Source: Vicugna vicugna
Taxonomy: Eukaryota
Direction of reading: 5' to 3'
Assembly: GCA_013265495.1 (NCBI GenBank)
Contig: MU058636.1
Span: 5,925,741 to 5,989,740, forward strand
Length of the DNA: 64,000 bases
Position numbers and translations under genes: made by a program. The notes beneath the pieces are model-generated. The model was not told the DNA's origin, did not search any database, and saw only the letters and a list, made by a program, of their open reading frames with translations. Below, piece after piece: positions 1 to 12,536 of the stretch (the first letter of the stretch is position 1; each line of letters starts with the position of its first letter).

Positions 1-94
1 CAGCTCCTGACCAGACTCCAGATGATTCTCTGCCTCTCTCATGTTGCCCACTTCACTTTCCCCATCTCTTTCTTAAGTCTAAAGTCAGTGAACA

Positions 95-544
95 AAACAA
101 GGAACCAAGCCCGATTTGTAGCTTTTGCCAATTTCTATGGTGTAAATACTTCCACCTTGACCAATTACAAGCTATGGATACAATGTCACTGGACATGGAG
201 CTGGGCAGAGAAGCACAGTTGTCCCCCGTTGTAGTACTACCACCTTACAGATAGCAGGAGGTGTAACAAACTCAAGAGCACAGATAGTAGTAAAATTTAT
301 AATATGATTAGAAAGTAATATAATTTGAGTATTGATTGGCATTTTTTTTTAATTGAAGTATAGTCAGTTTACAATGTGTCAGTTACTGGTGTATGATTGC
401 CTTTGTTTTAAATGAAATGTAATTGTAAGTTTATGTAATTCATTTTTTGAAGTGCATATTTTTAAAAAGTAGCTTGCAAAATTTCTGAAAATTTAACAGT
501 AGGTTCTCATGAGCTGGTACATACTGACTCCAAATCATCACTAT
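95..544 (-). mobile_element. hAT-Blackjack DNA transposon remnant, MER63-like
   Basis: ttttgccaatttctatggtgtaaatacttccacc and the end ...tctgaaaatttaacagtaggttctcatgagctggtac...catcacta resemble the reverse complement of the recalled MER63 consensus. Confidence 0.6.
342..393 (-). mobile_element. Extremely 5'-truncated young L1 3' tail (~52 bp) nested in the MER63-like element
   Basis: T9 + aattgaagtatagtcagtttacaatgtgtc is the reverse complement of the same terminus seen on the L1 at 18500-18545; partial TSD tgattggc / tgattgcc. Confidence 0.65.
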
Positions 545-619
545 ATGTACCCCAGAAGTTCTTAAACACTCCTGCTTGGATATTTACACAAAACAAAGAA
601 AATTCTCTATGTTTTGGTG

Positions 620-1915
620 ATTTTTTTTCTCAGCTGTTGTTTGGAAAAGTTTTTAGCTCTCCTTCATTTCTGAAGGATAACCTTGCTGGATAGAGTATTC
701 TTGTATGGAATTTTTTTCTTTCATCACTTTGAATATATTATCCTACTCTCTCCTGGCTTTAGATTGCTACTAAAAAATCTGTTGATTTGATCAGCCTTGG
801 GGGTTCCCTTGTAAGTCCCAAGTTTCTTTTCTCAAAGTTTTTTAAGATTCTCTCTTTGATTTTTTTTTTTTTTTACAGTTTTATTGTAGTGTATCTTAGA
901 GAGGATCTCTTTAAGTTGAGTTTTTTTGGTGACCTGTGAGCTTCATGAACTTGGATATCCGAATCTTTCCCCAGATTTGGGATGTTCTCATCCATTTTTT
1001 TTTTAAATAAGCTTTCTGCCCTTCTTCTCTTCTCTTTCTGGAACTCCAGTAACTCACAACTGGCTCTTTAATTGGTATCCCAATAGATCTTGGAGACTTT
1101 CTTCACTTTTTTCCAATCCTTTTTCTTTGTTCTTCCTGATGGGATTATTTCAAAATTCCTCTCTTCAGACATACACGTTCTTCTTCTGTCTGATCTATTC
1201 TGTTGTTGATGCTCTGTATTGCATTTTTTTCATTTCATTCATTGTATTCTTCAGCCCTAGAATTTGTTTGCTTTTTTTTTTATAACTTTTATCTCTCAGT
1301 TAAACTTCTCATTTTGTTCATATATTGTGTTGCTGATTTCATTGAATTGTCTTTCTTGTTTTCTTGTAGCCCGTTGGGTTTCCTTAAAATAGCTGTTTTG
1401 TATTCTTTATCGAGTAAATTGTAGAGCTCCATGTCTTTCTTAATGGCTCCTAGGTTATTATTGTAATCCTCTAGTGGTGCCATGTTTTCTTGATTTCCCA
1501 TGTTCCATTGAAGTGTTTTTTCACTACTATCTTTGCCTTTGAAGTAGCAGTCACTTCCTCCAGTTACAAACTGGCCTTGCTAATGTGTCTAAACTCATAT
1601 ATTTTTGTTCCATCAGTGTGGTGGAACTTCCCTGCTAGAAATCTGAACTTTCTCAGAGGCTTTTTTTGTCCATGGGTGATTGTCTAAGACAATGTTTTGC
1701 ATGGCCTCTGGAGCATAGCTGAAAGGGGCTGGAGCTAATTCATGGGTCATTGCAGGGTCCACAGCCAGGACCAAGTCTATGTGCCTATTACCCAAAGCAT
1801 GGGAGTTTGAGGCCCTCCTGAGTCTCTTGGCATATGGTACGGGATCCCACAGCTCCCACAAAGGTACTCTTATCTGTGAGTGGATACAAAATTGGTGTTG
1901 AGGAACACACAACAA
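620..1915 (-). mobile_element. Old L1M 5' region (decayed ORF1 plus 5'UTR), antisense
   Basis: Minus ORF 1289-1501 (MGNQENMAPLEDYNNNL...ELYNLLDKEYKTAILRKPNGLQEN) resembles the L1 ORF1p N-terminus; ccttcatttctgaaggataaccttgctggatagagtattctt is typical antisense L1 ORF1 C-terminal sequence. Confidence 0.8.
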
Positions 1916-2094
1916 GAGACATCTTAGTCAACCATGATGCTTGACACTTAAACATTACTGAATGATTGGATGAGTACTCTTATTCTATGGTCAAACTAAA
2001 CATTTTTTTTTCTAAAAGGTTAGTTCTTTCTGACATTTTTTCCTAAAGACACTGCTTATATTTTTGTCATCTGTGCTCAAATCCTGAGTTATCT

Positions 2095-2470
2095 CTTAAG
2101 CATCCATCTCCTCACCCTTGCTGTTCACCAGTATTGGTAAATGTAGCTGAAGTGTCCCACCTCTACCTTTATATCTTTTCTAACTATTGTCTCTAGCCTA
2201 GCTCCCACCCTTATCACCTTTCACTAGGCTAGTGTTAACTGTCTTCAAATTAACTTTCCTACCTACAGTCTCTTGCCACATTCATCTGTCTTCTTGCTGC
2301 CAGAGGAACCCTCCTGTAGCACAGGTCAGAACATGCCATGTCCTTTAAAACAGGCCAGATGGCTCTGACACCATCAGAATAAAATCCAAATTCCCTCATG
2401 TGCCATTCTGGCCCTTCCACAATCTGGCCTCAGTCTGCCTATCCACTATTTCTTCTTAGCAAATCCTTTT
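2095..2470 (+). mobile_element. L2 fragment
   Basis: C/T-rich degenerate L2 motifs (tgctgccagaggaaccctcctgtagcacaggtcaga...atcagaataaaatccaaattccc...ccttccacaatctggcc). Confidence 0.5.
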
Positions 2471-2654
2471 ACATTTGACATGCTGATGTTTCCCAGGTGA
2501 ATTCCTCAGAGCACTACTTCCTCAGAAATTAATAGATGCTACATTGAACACATTTCCCAAGGCCAAATAAGCGGGGATGGCAATGCTAGCCTAAGCAGAG
2601 CTTGGTAGGACTTTACAGAGCCAAATTGTGTTGAAAAATATGACCCAACAATAT

Positions 2655-2860
2655 ATAGGTTTTGGATATATATTTGGTAAAACTATAGAGATAAAAAGTG
2701 AATAATAAATACAAAATTCAGGGTAGTAGTTATCTTTTGTGGAAAGGAGGGAGTTGTGACAAGAGAAGTGTATACAAAGGTCTTTAGTGATGTTGGGAAT
2801 TGTTCTGTATCTTAATCAAGGTAGCATGCACATGGATGCATGTTATTTGTTGTGTATCTT
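2655..2860 (+). mobile_element. L1ME-type 3'UTR fragment
   Basis: aaaattcagggtagtagttatc...gggaattgttctgtatcttaat...catggatgcatgttattt matches ancient L1ME 3' ends. Confidence 0.55.
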
Positions 2861-5525
2861 TTTTCATATTTTAACATCTCTGAAATTAGGATGGTCTTAT
2901 AATTGCTGAGAATCAAGTGACAATTGTCTTTACCTTAGAAATATCTTAGCCAATTTCTTTCACTTATATCCTCCTTTTTTTGTATGCACAAGAGTGACAT
3001 AGGACAAAAAAATCTAAGTGTGAAATACCTCTTTTTTTGAGTACAAAATGAAAATCTAAATGGCAAGAAAAAATTATCCAAGAGTTTGTAACAATATTTA
3101 CATTCGAGTTTGATAGTAACTCAAGGACCTTTGTGTCTGAAGCAGATTTCCCCTGACTTGTTCTCTCACAGCCGAAGTAGATTGTAAAGATGACTGTTAA
3201 AATAGCAAGCTCGGTATTTCACACCTAGTAGGTGCACACTAAATAATGTTGATTGGATTTCCAGTGACTGCTCAGATGACCCATTAACATTGTTCAGTAA
3301 ATCTGGCCTTTTCCAGGAAAAAAAAAAGAGGGAACAATGATTGGAAAGCACACTTTGACTAATATGTGGCCAGATAAGACAATTTGCATTTATGTGCCAA
3401 TGGGAAAAAGCTACTAGGAATCTTAAACTCGAGTTGGTCTTGCCTTTCTCCTAAGTGCTGCTTTGCTGAGTTGTGTATGATGCTAATTACTTCTGTTCTC
3501 AATACCAAAATCCTAATGTCCTTAAGGGACTGTGGCTTTTATCTTGTTATCGTATATAATGCTATGTACATACTGTTACTTAATTGTTATTTGATTACTG
3601 GTTCTGTTTGTATGACACATTGATTACATTGTCAAAATACAGGGTTTTGGTTGTGACTCAGCTCTATTTATATTGCCACAGACCTTATAATTCTACCCAT
3701 GACTCTAGATTAGAAACCATTGTATGATATGTGATTCTTATTTATTTGGCTGGTGATCAGTGAGTCAAGAGAGACTGAAAGGTGGATAAACTGATTTATA
3801 AGGAAATCCTCCTTTTCTGTATTTACTGACCTTCAAGTGTTGGTTCAACTAGCAGTAAGTCCAATAACAGACATACCTTGGAACTAAAACCTCAGGAGAT
3901 ACCCAAACTCTACATATGACCAAACTTGAACTTCTCAGATTCATGTAGATACTACATGTTCTGATCATCACATTCTGTGGAAATTTAAGTCTTAAATTAT
4001 ATCGTCAGTCTTTCTTACTGTTGAAAGTCATTTTTATTTGCATACTTTTCCTTTTCTGAAAAGGCCACTCCTTAGTTCACTTGTGATCTCCATTTTTCTA
4101 TTGTTCACAGTACCAGCTTAGTATTAAGCCCTTATTAACTACTTATTGAATTCTTATCCTAATCATTTGTGAGTTAAAGACTTTGATTAGTATGTTCTAT
4201 CCCTAAACATTTTGGCATCATGAAAATTGAAGATTATTTAGAAATGGAAATGTTATGTTCTGCTTTGCTCTGATATCTTTATTATCCCTAAACCTGGATC
4301 AGAAATCTTGAAATTGCTGTATTTGCTATTTGTTATTTAGAAATGATAATCCTGGGACATATCACTGCCCCCAAGTTATTACATATAAAAAAATTAAATC
4401 TTCCCAAGACAAATAAAATAGGTGAAAAATTAATTATGAGTATAGCTCATTTCAAAAATTACACTTAAATCCACAGATGAAAATACTTTTCTTAATGACT
4501 ACATCATTTAATTGTTATGCAAAATTTTAGAATGAAGAAGTTCTTATAGATTTAATTCATTCTAATTTAATAAGAATAGAATTAATTGCTTCTTTGGTTA
4601 ATTTAAATATTAGCAATAATCATCCCAGTAGAGATTATTTAGGGAAAAAAAGACGATGAAGAACAAGTTTTAATAGCGTTTGGCTGTCTCTAAAGACTAC
4701 AGTTAAAAGCATCAACTATTTAATCTTCTTATTTTTTTGTGAAATAATTTTCAAAATGAATATTTTAGATCAGTGATCTAATTTAAGCCTTGTTAAAAAG
4801 CAAGAAAAGCATGTAATCAGAAATAATTCTTCTGCCAAATCTTACATTAAAGTCAAGGCCTTTTACATACCTTTAAAAAGTATTTGGGAATCAGAGAATC
4901 ATAATTTTTTAAAAAATTCTTTTTCTGTCTCATAGCATATACACATTCTGTGTTCTATGTCACTTTCTCCTGACAGTTTCTATAACAGAAAGTCTTCAGT
5001 GTGTTTGGGATAAAGAATTCTAAATAATAAATTTCATTATCTTTCTAAGGACATGTGGCAAGTCACAAAGGGTAAAATTATCAAGTATTAAACTACTCAA
5101 AGAACTCCTCCAAGTACTTCCATTAAGAAGATTAATGATTTGCACGGCATTTATCTGGAAAAACAATGTTAAGTTGACCAATTTGGCATTTGTTTTATAA
5201 GAAAGGTGAGTGTCTGCTGAAAAGTCTATTAAAAGTAAGAGACACACTGCAGACTTGGAGGGAAGCATTTTGGAAATGTGGAGCCATAGAGAAGACTTTC
5301 GTGGCTTGGACACCTGGAGTTCCAGGAAATTCTCACTTAAGTCCCAGAGGAGCTGTGATTGTCTGTGATTTCTGAGGTGACTCATTGATCTAGAAAGCTT
5401 GTTATGACTTGAATCTTAGTTCTTGTGGAGATTGTCAGCTCCACAAAATTAGCTGGGAAAAGTTTTATGGTTCCAGAGAAGGAGGGAAATTAGCAGGCTT
5501 TGCTGATCTCTCTTCTGTAACGATC

Positions 5526-6111
5526 TGTGTTCAGTCAGGGTTTTCCAGAAACAGAAATAATAGAACTAATATATAAACATATCTGTCTGTCTGTCTGTCT
5601 ATCTATCTATGTATATATACTAAGAGAGAGAAATTTTATGGAGAATTGACTTATGCAATTATGAAGGCTGAGAAGTCCCAAAATCTGCAGTAAGCCATCT
5701 GGGGACCCAGGAGGGACAATGATATAGTTGCAGTCCAAGTACAAAAGGCTGAGAAGCAGGAGAGCCGATGGCATAAGTTTCAGTCTAAAAGCCAATGTAC
5801 TCGGGACCCAAGAAAAGTCTATGTTACAGATTGAGTCCAAAGGCAGGAAAAGACTAATGTCTCACTTCAACAGTCAGGCAGGAGGAGTTCCCTCTTACGC
5901 AAGGAGGTCTGCCCTTTTGTTTTATTCAGGCCTTCAACTGACTGATGAGGACCACCTGCTTTAGGGAAGGCGATCTGCTTTGTTCGGTCTGCTGGTTCAA
6001 ATGATAATGTGATCAAGAAACACCCTCACAGATATACCTAGAATAATTTTTGACCACATAGATGGTCACCCTGTAACTCAGTCAAGTTGACACATAAAAT
6101 TGACCACCACA
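5526..6111 (-). mobile_element. ERVL solo LTR, MLT2-type (MLT2B-like)
   Basis: TG...CA ends; cagggttttccagaaacaga start, internal TCTG/TCTA repeat, gaattgacttatgcaattatgaaggctgagaagtccca, end cagtcaagttgacacataaaattgaccaccaca. Confidence 0.85.
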
Positions 6112-6436
6112 GCCTGATAATTCTGATAGTTTTTTCTCATGTTGCCTGAAAGACACTGAAATTATCTATAATGTCCATTCCTCAGGCAGAATTTAAAATA
6201 ACTGAAAGCGGAGTTTTCTGTAGAATCATTAATTTTTTGGACCTGGAAGAAATTTTAGGACGTTTGAGCCCAAGTCTCTGATTTTATCTTTACAAAGATA
6301 ATCCTTTGGGGGTCCCTGAGCTGATGAGAGCTGGTCCCTTTCCTCCTGCTCTCAGGCTAGAGCTTCTCCTGTAATCCATAACACTTCTGAAGTCAAGAAA
6401 GATGTTATCTGGGGAGAGGCTTGCCTTCTCTCTCAC

Positions 6437-6643
6437 GTGCTCCTGCTCTTCCTTCTTTTCTTACTCCTTTTCCTCCTCCTCTTCCTCATCTTCTTGCATG
6501 TCTTCTTCCTCCTGTTTATCTTACTCTTTCTTCTCCTCTTCCTCCCTCTCCTCTTCCTCTTTCTTCACCTCTCTCTCTCCCTTTTCTTTCTCCTCCTCTC
6601 CTTCTTCCTCTTTCTCCTCTTCCTGCTCTGTCTCCTCTTTTCC
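6437..6643. repeat. Polypyrimidine (CCT/CTT/CT) low-complexity tract
   Basis: ~200 bp almost purely C/T on +; explains the three overlapping Ser-, Pro/Leu- and Leu/Phe-rich ORFs. Confidence 0.9.
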
Positions 6644-7249
6644 TGGTGTTGAAAAATTTAGGGATTGGAATAAATACAAAACAAAGCATGCTTCCTTAAC
6701 TTAGGTTTATCTGTCTTCAGCCTGAAGGCAAAGGCTGTGATGGTCATCTCCCTGTGATGGATCGATCCTCTTTTGAGCCAAGATCTTGGAGACATAACCA
6801 AAGCAAGAGTGTCCCTGAGGACTTGGAAACTGTATATGTGGGGTTCCCCTTTGAGACTTGGCATCTCACAGAACAGACTATTTAGGATATTTGCTCAGCA
6901 AAAGGAACTTTGATTGGCACATACTGTACATTGGGTCCTATGCTGAGAATGTAGCTCAGTTAGGAGAAGGTGAGAGTTCCCATCAGAAAAATGAAGTAGA
7001 CTTTTAGTTACCTTTCAGCAAGGAGATAAGAATTATAGATCAGAAACCATGGCAATGATACCTATATAATATTTCTCAAGTTTTGTTTTATTATTGATTA
7101 TCCATTATTGTTGCTATTTTAATGTTGCTACTTTGACATATTCATTAATTCACTTGTTTATTCAACTGCATACTCAATTCCCTAACATTTACTTAACTCC
7201 AGCTGTATGCTAGGCATAAATAGGGCAGATTTTGCCCCCAAGAAGAGTT

Positions 7250-7470
7250 AATACAGCATAACAATTAAGAATTTGGACTTTGAAATTGGATGGGTGGTGT
7301 TTGAAGCTCACTTTTTGTCACTTATTTAGAAGTTACTCTCTCTTAACCTTGATTTGCTCATGTATGAAGTAGAGATTAATAGGACTACAGTGATGATTAA
7401 ATGCATGGGAAGAGTTTGGCAGAGTACCTGGCACATAGTAAACATTCATGAACGCTTAGCATTACTTTTA
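7250..7470 (+). mobile_element. MIR SINE
   Basis: ttaagaatttggactttgaa...ttgctcatgtatgaagtagagattaata...agtacctggcacatagtaaacattc. Confidence 0.7.
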
Positions 7471-7811
7471 TTATTGACATTAACCTGCAACCAGCTCAGA
7501 GACTCCTGAAAGTAAACCAACAGTAAAGAAGAGCATGACAGTGTTGCCAATGCTCCATGACTAGTGGGGCTGAGGAAACTGGCACTTGATCCCAGCTACC
7601 AGGATCACAGAGGGCTTTCTGAGATGACATGGTACTCGAGTTGAGTCCTTGGGCAGACTAGGCGCTACCTTACAAGAAGTCAAAAAAAGGGTGTTCCAGG
7701 TAAAGGAGAATGGCAGTTATAAAAACAATAGATGTGGAAGCTCAAGGCACTTAAGGAGAAGGGTTTTAAAGAAACCGACAGAAGCAGACCTTGTCGAGAC
7801 CAATTCCTTGT

Positions 7812-7895
7812 AGAGTCCCATTTTACAGATGAGGTGGAGACCTAGATGCCTTGGTTGAAATGAATTGCCTAACGTTAAACAACTGGAGAGCGAGA
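7812..7895 (-). mobile_element. MIR core fragment
   Basis: cccattttacagatgagg...gaattgcctaacgttaaacaactg. Confidence 0.65.
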
Positions 7896-8315
7896 GCGCT
7901 CTTTTACCCCATAGCCTCCCATTGCCAATGCAGAGCTGACGCAGGATCACATCCTTCTGGTCGTTTAGACGTAGAGTCAAGACTTTCTGTAGAAGTTTTC
8001 ATCAGCAGCTTTTCCTAACTATCATTTATGATCTTTTTGATAACACTTAGATACTGAGAGCTGATAAAGCATGTATTTTGGGGTATATGTTGCTAGAACT
8101 CATTAATGTTCTTCTTTTCTAGAGCCTAGTCACACTTTCTATTACCTCCTCTCCTCATTGCCAGGTCAAAGAGCTACTTGAAAATTCTTACCCATATGAT
8201 CTAGTCAAGAAGAAGAAAGGGAACCAGAGAATGATATGAAACAAACAAAAAATGTTCAAGTCTAGCTGTACTGGTTTTCAGCCCCCAGTTTCTTATCATT
8301 AGTATTTGTTTAGCA

Positions 8316-9260
8316 GATTAGTCACTCAATAAGTGGAGCTTACACCTACTGTGTCTTAGGTCCTGGAGACACTGTTATGATCAAGACAGACTGCCTTTGA
8401 CCACAGTGATGGTGGGAATGTGACGGGTAAATAAATGAAGGACTGCAAAACAGTGTAATGAATGTAATGATAGGGAAATCTGAGGCTGTTCTGAGGGCTC
8501 CTGGGACATCTGTTTTGATCCCAGGTATTAAGGAAGGCTTTCTGGAGGAAGTAATTTCAGCCTTGAGTTTTAAAATGGGTCAGAGTTACTGAGCTACAAA
8601 GGGTCAGTGGTTGGGTGAAGGAGACTTAAGGAACAGCCAGTGTAATGACCCGGAAGGCAGAGAATGCATTCAGGACAGAGAAGTGAATCAGTGTGGCTGT
8701 AATGGAAGAGATTCATTTACCTCCAAAGGAGAGGCTGGAGAGTGAGGCAGAAACCAGAAATGAAATGCTATGTGAACCTGAGGAAGGAATTGGAAGTTTA
8801 TTCTCAGGACAACATAGAATCATATACTATGTATCAGAAGAATGAAAAGCTCAGACTTGTGTTTTAGAAAGATCCAGCTGCAGTGCAGTGACTGAGTAGA
8901 TAGCCTAGGCCAAGACTGGGCACAGGATCATCAGTTGGGAACTTTTCTAATAACTAAAGCAAGACATATTGACGACTGGGATGGAAGTAAGCGGAAGGAT
9001 GGGAGTGGTAATTAGCTTGGTAGTTGATTGGACACGTGAGTGGATGAGATATAGGAATCATAGATGAACTGCACTCACCAGGCTCTGTCAAGCAAACCCT
9101 CATCTGACAGTGCCATTCAGAGAAGCAGGGGACACTGGACTAAGGGCAGCCTGAGGGTAGAGAGAGGGTCAGAAAGAAATGGAACCGAGTTTCGTTTTGG
9201 ACCTTTTGAGTGTGAATTGTTGCTGAGTCACCCAAGTGAAGCTGTCTAGCATAAAGCAGG
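8316..9260 (-). mobile_element. L2 3' region, antisense
   Basis: cacctactgtgtcttaggtcctggagacac...aggaaggctttctggaggaagtaattt...gagtttcgttttggaccttttgagtgtga. Confidence 0.7.
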
Positions 9261-9591
9261 CAATGCAAATGTCAGTTTATATACAGAAACTTAGCAACTG
9301 GTCATTTTCCTGAGACACTCTGGAAAGAGGATAGAACTCCCTGGACAAGGAGTTTGCTGTCTGTGCTAGAATCTGGGAGTCTCAGCACCCAGAGCAACCC
9401 CCACAGGCCCTAAACGGAGCCCAGAACATGAGCCAGGTGCTGGTGGGAGAACAAGGACCATCTGGGGGAGCCTAAAGAGGGAGCCGGAGACACTTTCAAA
9501 TCTCGTCTTCATTATTAATCCATGTGAAATCATTCTGAAAGCGCCAAGCTGCCTGAGTAATAAATGAGCTAATTTTGTGATCAGCTTGAAG

Positions 9592-9850
9592 GACACAGTG
9601 GTTAAGAACACGGGCTTTTGAGCGGATAATTCTGGCTTAGAATTCCAGTTCTGTCACTTATTCTGTGACCTTAGGGAAATTAATCTCTCCAAGCCTCAAT
9701 TTCTTTATCTATAAATGGGATAAAACTGCCTAGTTAAGTATTAAAATATCTAGCTCATCAGATTATTGTAAGGATTGAGTGAAATAATGTATGTAAAGTT
9801 TTAGCAATTTGCAGTGTCTGGCAAATAGTAGGTCTCTGATTCTCACCATA
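9592..9850 (+). mobile_element. MIR SINE
   Basis: cagtggttaagaacacgggctttt...tgtgaccttagggaaatt...agcctcaatttctttatctataaatggga...gtgtctggcaaatagtagg. Confidence 0.8.
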
Positions 9851-10569
9851 GCTGCTGCTGTTTTTATTATGAGACATCCAGGAAAGAAAAAAATATCCTT
9901 TTTTCCCTGTTTACTACAGTGGCCAGAGATAAAAGGAGGACACAGCAACACTCGTTCACACAGATGTGCACAGAGCATGTGACTATATATTTATTTGTAA
10001 TAACTGAAGACTTCATTTTTTTCTTGCTTTAAAACCATAACCATGTTGTTCTATGGAAATACGGAAGAGGAGTATATCCTGTTGCTAAGTGATATGCTCA
10101 TGTAATTACTGCGGAAACAGATGGCCAATCCATAGTAGACAGGTAATTGCCTTGGAAGTGGATTTAGTTAGAGATTGGAAATGATGATAAAACGTATTGT
10201 CCTTATGATAGTGGTATTAAGGCAGTTCATGGTCAATTATAACAAAAAATTATATTGAAAAGAGCATCTTATTTCTACTTTAAAGTTAATAAGAAGCCAA
10301 CACTTGCTTTATTATTGAGCCAAGCTTTGGAAGAAAATGGAGCCATTCACTGTGCTAAACAAATGCTTTATTCTAGGCTACTTTTCCTTCCAAGGAAAGA
10401 GTTGAGTATTGAAAAATCCAATTATCTATTCATTTATTCAGCCAACGTTTATTGAAAACCCACTATTATTCTTTTATGTGCTTCCATCCTTCCCTACTCT
10501 ATACATTCTACCTCCACTTTGCCCCCATATACTCCAAATAGCACACAAATTTAGAAATGGGCACCTTAC

Positions 10570-11090
10570 ACACACGTGGTTGATGGCAAGGTAAATTGGA
10601 ACAACCCTTTAAGAAAGCAAAATGCCTCTATAAGTCAAGCACAAAAATACTATGCCATTTGGTCCACCAGTCTCACTTCCTTGGAACTTTACATGAAGAA
10701 AATAATTCAGCAGCAGAAAAAAAACTTTGTATGAAGATATTTAATGTAGCATTATCTGTAATAAAAAAGCTGGAAATAATTTAAATGTTCAATACTAAAT
10801 AATAATTAAGAATGATAATCCTACATTAATTCTTCATAATATTAGGCAACTTTTCATAATATTTGCAAAGTCTCCTTAGAAATCCGAACAAAATTAATTA
10901 TCTCTTAGATAAAATAGTTTGCCAGAATTCACCTGTTCTATGTTTACAGCTATATGAAGAATAAGCATGAAATATAAAAATGACTGGGAAAGAGCAAACA
11001 AAAATGAAAAAAGTATTAGGAGAATAGAATAATTTTTTGCATTTTTAAAAATTTATTTGAAATGTATTTTAAAATACACTAAAAGTAAAT
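10570..11090 (+). mobile_element. Ancient L1ME 3' fragment
   Basis: gttgatggcaaggtaaattggaacaaccc...cagtctcacttccttggaacttta...gtatgaagatatttaatgtagcattatctgtaata. Confidence 0.6.
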
Positions 11091-11446
11091 ACCACAAAGA
11101 ATTGTTTTGTATGTGGTCAAAATCCAAGATGGCATCTTGACAGTGGCAAATAAAAAGGCTTCATTACTTTTAGAATTCAAATAATCCGAGAGAAATAAAT
11201 AGTTCTGTTTCTCCGTGTTTTATCTCTCTTATTTTCTATTGTGTGAGGCATTTACAAGTATATTGAATTTCTCTTGCTTATGAATTCAACTGCTGCTGCT
11301 TTTCCACAGACAGCCTTAATCCTTTGCTTGGCTGTCGTAGTTTCTACTACAAAAATTATGATGCTGCCAGCAGAGAATTCAAAAGCTAAACTGAAGAGAT
11401 TTTTAGAATGCCAGTGCAGCATCCTTCCCCACTTTTCTGGATACTA

Positions 11447-11480
11447 CACACATACACACACACACATAGAGAGAGAGAAA
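11447..11480. repeat. Compound (CA)n(GA)n microsatellite
   Basis: acacacatacacacacacacatagagagagagaaa. Confidence 0.8.
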
Positions 11481-12467
11481 GAATGGCAGTCCTACGTTAA
11501 TTCTATATAATATTATATATATATAATACTAATTCTATTTAATATTCATTATATATATAATCCTATTAAACTCTACCTTGTTCAAGGCAGAGACCATAAA
11601 GTTAATTTAATTTATTTTATTTAATCTGATAACGTGCTTTCCATGCTATACTTATTATTATACAATAAAATAAATATATTCACTAAACAGTATATCTGCT
11701 AGCAATGAAAAGGGAAAATGGAAAATGCTGGCTTTCCTGAGAGCAGATGTCCATAGTTTTCCTCATGCCCAGGCCAGGGTTTTGTTTTCTTTTTCTTTAA
11801 ACTTCCTAGACGCTAATTTTCAATCCCACAGGATAGTTTCCCAATCAGTGTTGGGGAGGAGAGATGAAAGTTTTGTCTACTTTTACGTATATTACATAAC
11901 TATTATTAAATAAAGAAAACAATTGCTAAAATCATAATGATTTATTTTAAAATTGAGAGAGAATAACTCTTTCTAAATGAGAACTTCATTTAGGCTAAAA
12001 AATTGCAAGGAAAATGCTCGCTTGCCAGAGACGCTGAGTTGCAGGTGTCTCCTACGTCCACGCTGCTGAGGGCACACGTGGACCCTCCAGAGCTCCTTTC
12101 CAGCCACCAGCCACAAATTTAAAGGCATGACACGCAGAATCTAAAGAACAGTATTTAAAAATACACTTACAGATAGAAAGAAAAAAATACAGCAGGCAAT
12201 GGTCTTCCTGCTTGTATATTATTCTACTCAAAACTCAGTCTGGACAAAAATCACTCTCGTCCTTTGGTGACAGAAGCCGATGTCTCAGAGAGGCCTGGAT
12301 CACACAAAGTCAGACTTTGCCTAGGGGGGAGCATTCTTCATTGACAACCACCTGGGTTTTGACTAGATGAACTGTGATAATGTAAAACATTACCTCCTGG
12401 TCCCCGTGAAGGTTTGGCTGATAGTACCAATGATGGTTTCACTAAGGCCGTTCACAGGGAGCAACTG

Positions 12468-12536
12468 CATATATGTGTATATATGTGTGTTATGTGTATG
12501 TATATGTGTATGTACACGTATGTGTGCGCGCATATA
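12468..12536. repeat. Alternating purine-pyrimidine (TA/TG/CG) microsatellite
   Basis: catatatgtgtatatatgtgtg...tacacgtatgtgtgcgcgcatata. Confidence 0.8.

Noticed and set aside
6402..6704. Ser-rich, Pro/Leu-rich and hydrophobic ORFs in three frames
   Set aside because: A C/T-only tract cannot contain stop codons; low-complexity artefact.
9221..9231. Perfect NF-E2/ARE motif TGCTGAGTCAC
   Set aside because: Isolated motif inside a decayed L2 with no supporting cluster.
12171..12240. Minus-strand exon candidate with good acceptor and GTAAGT donor
   Set aside because: Stop codons in all three frames and no partner exons; cannot be supported without transcript data.
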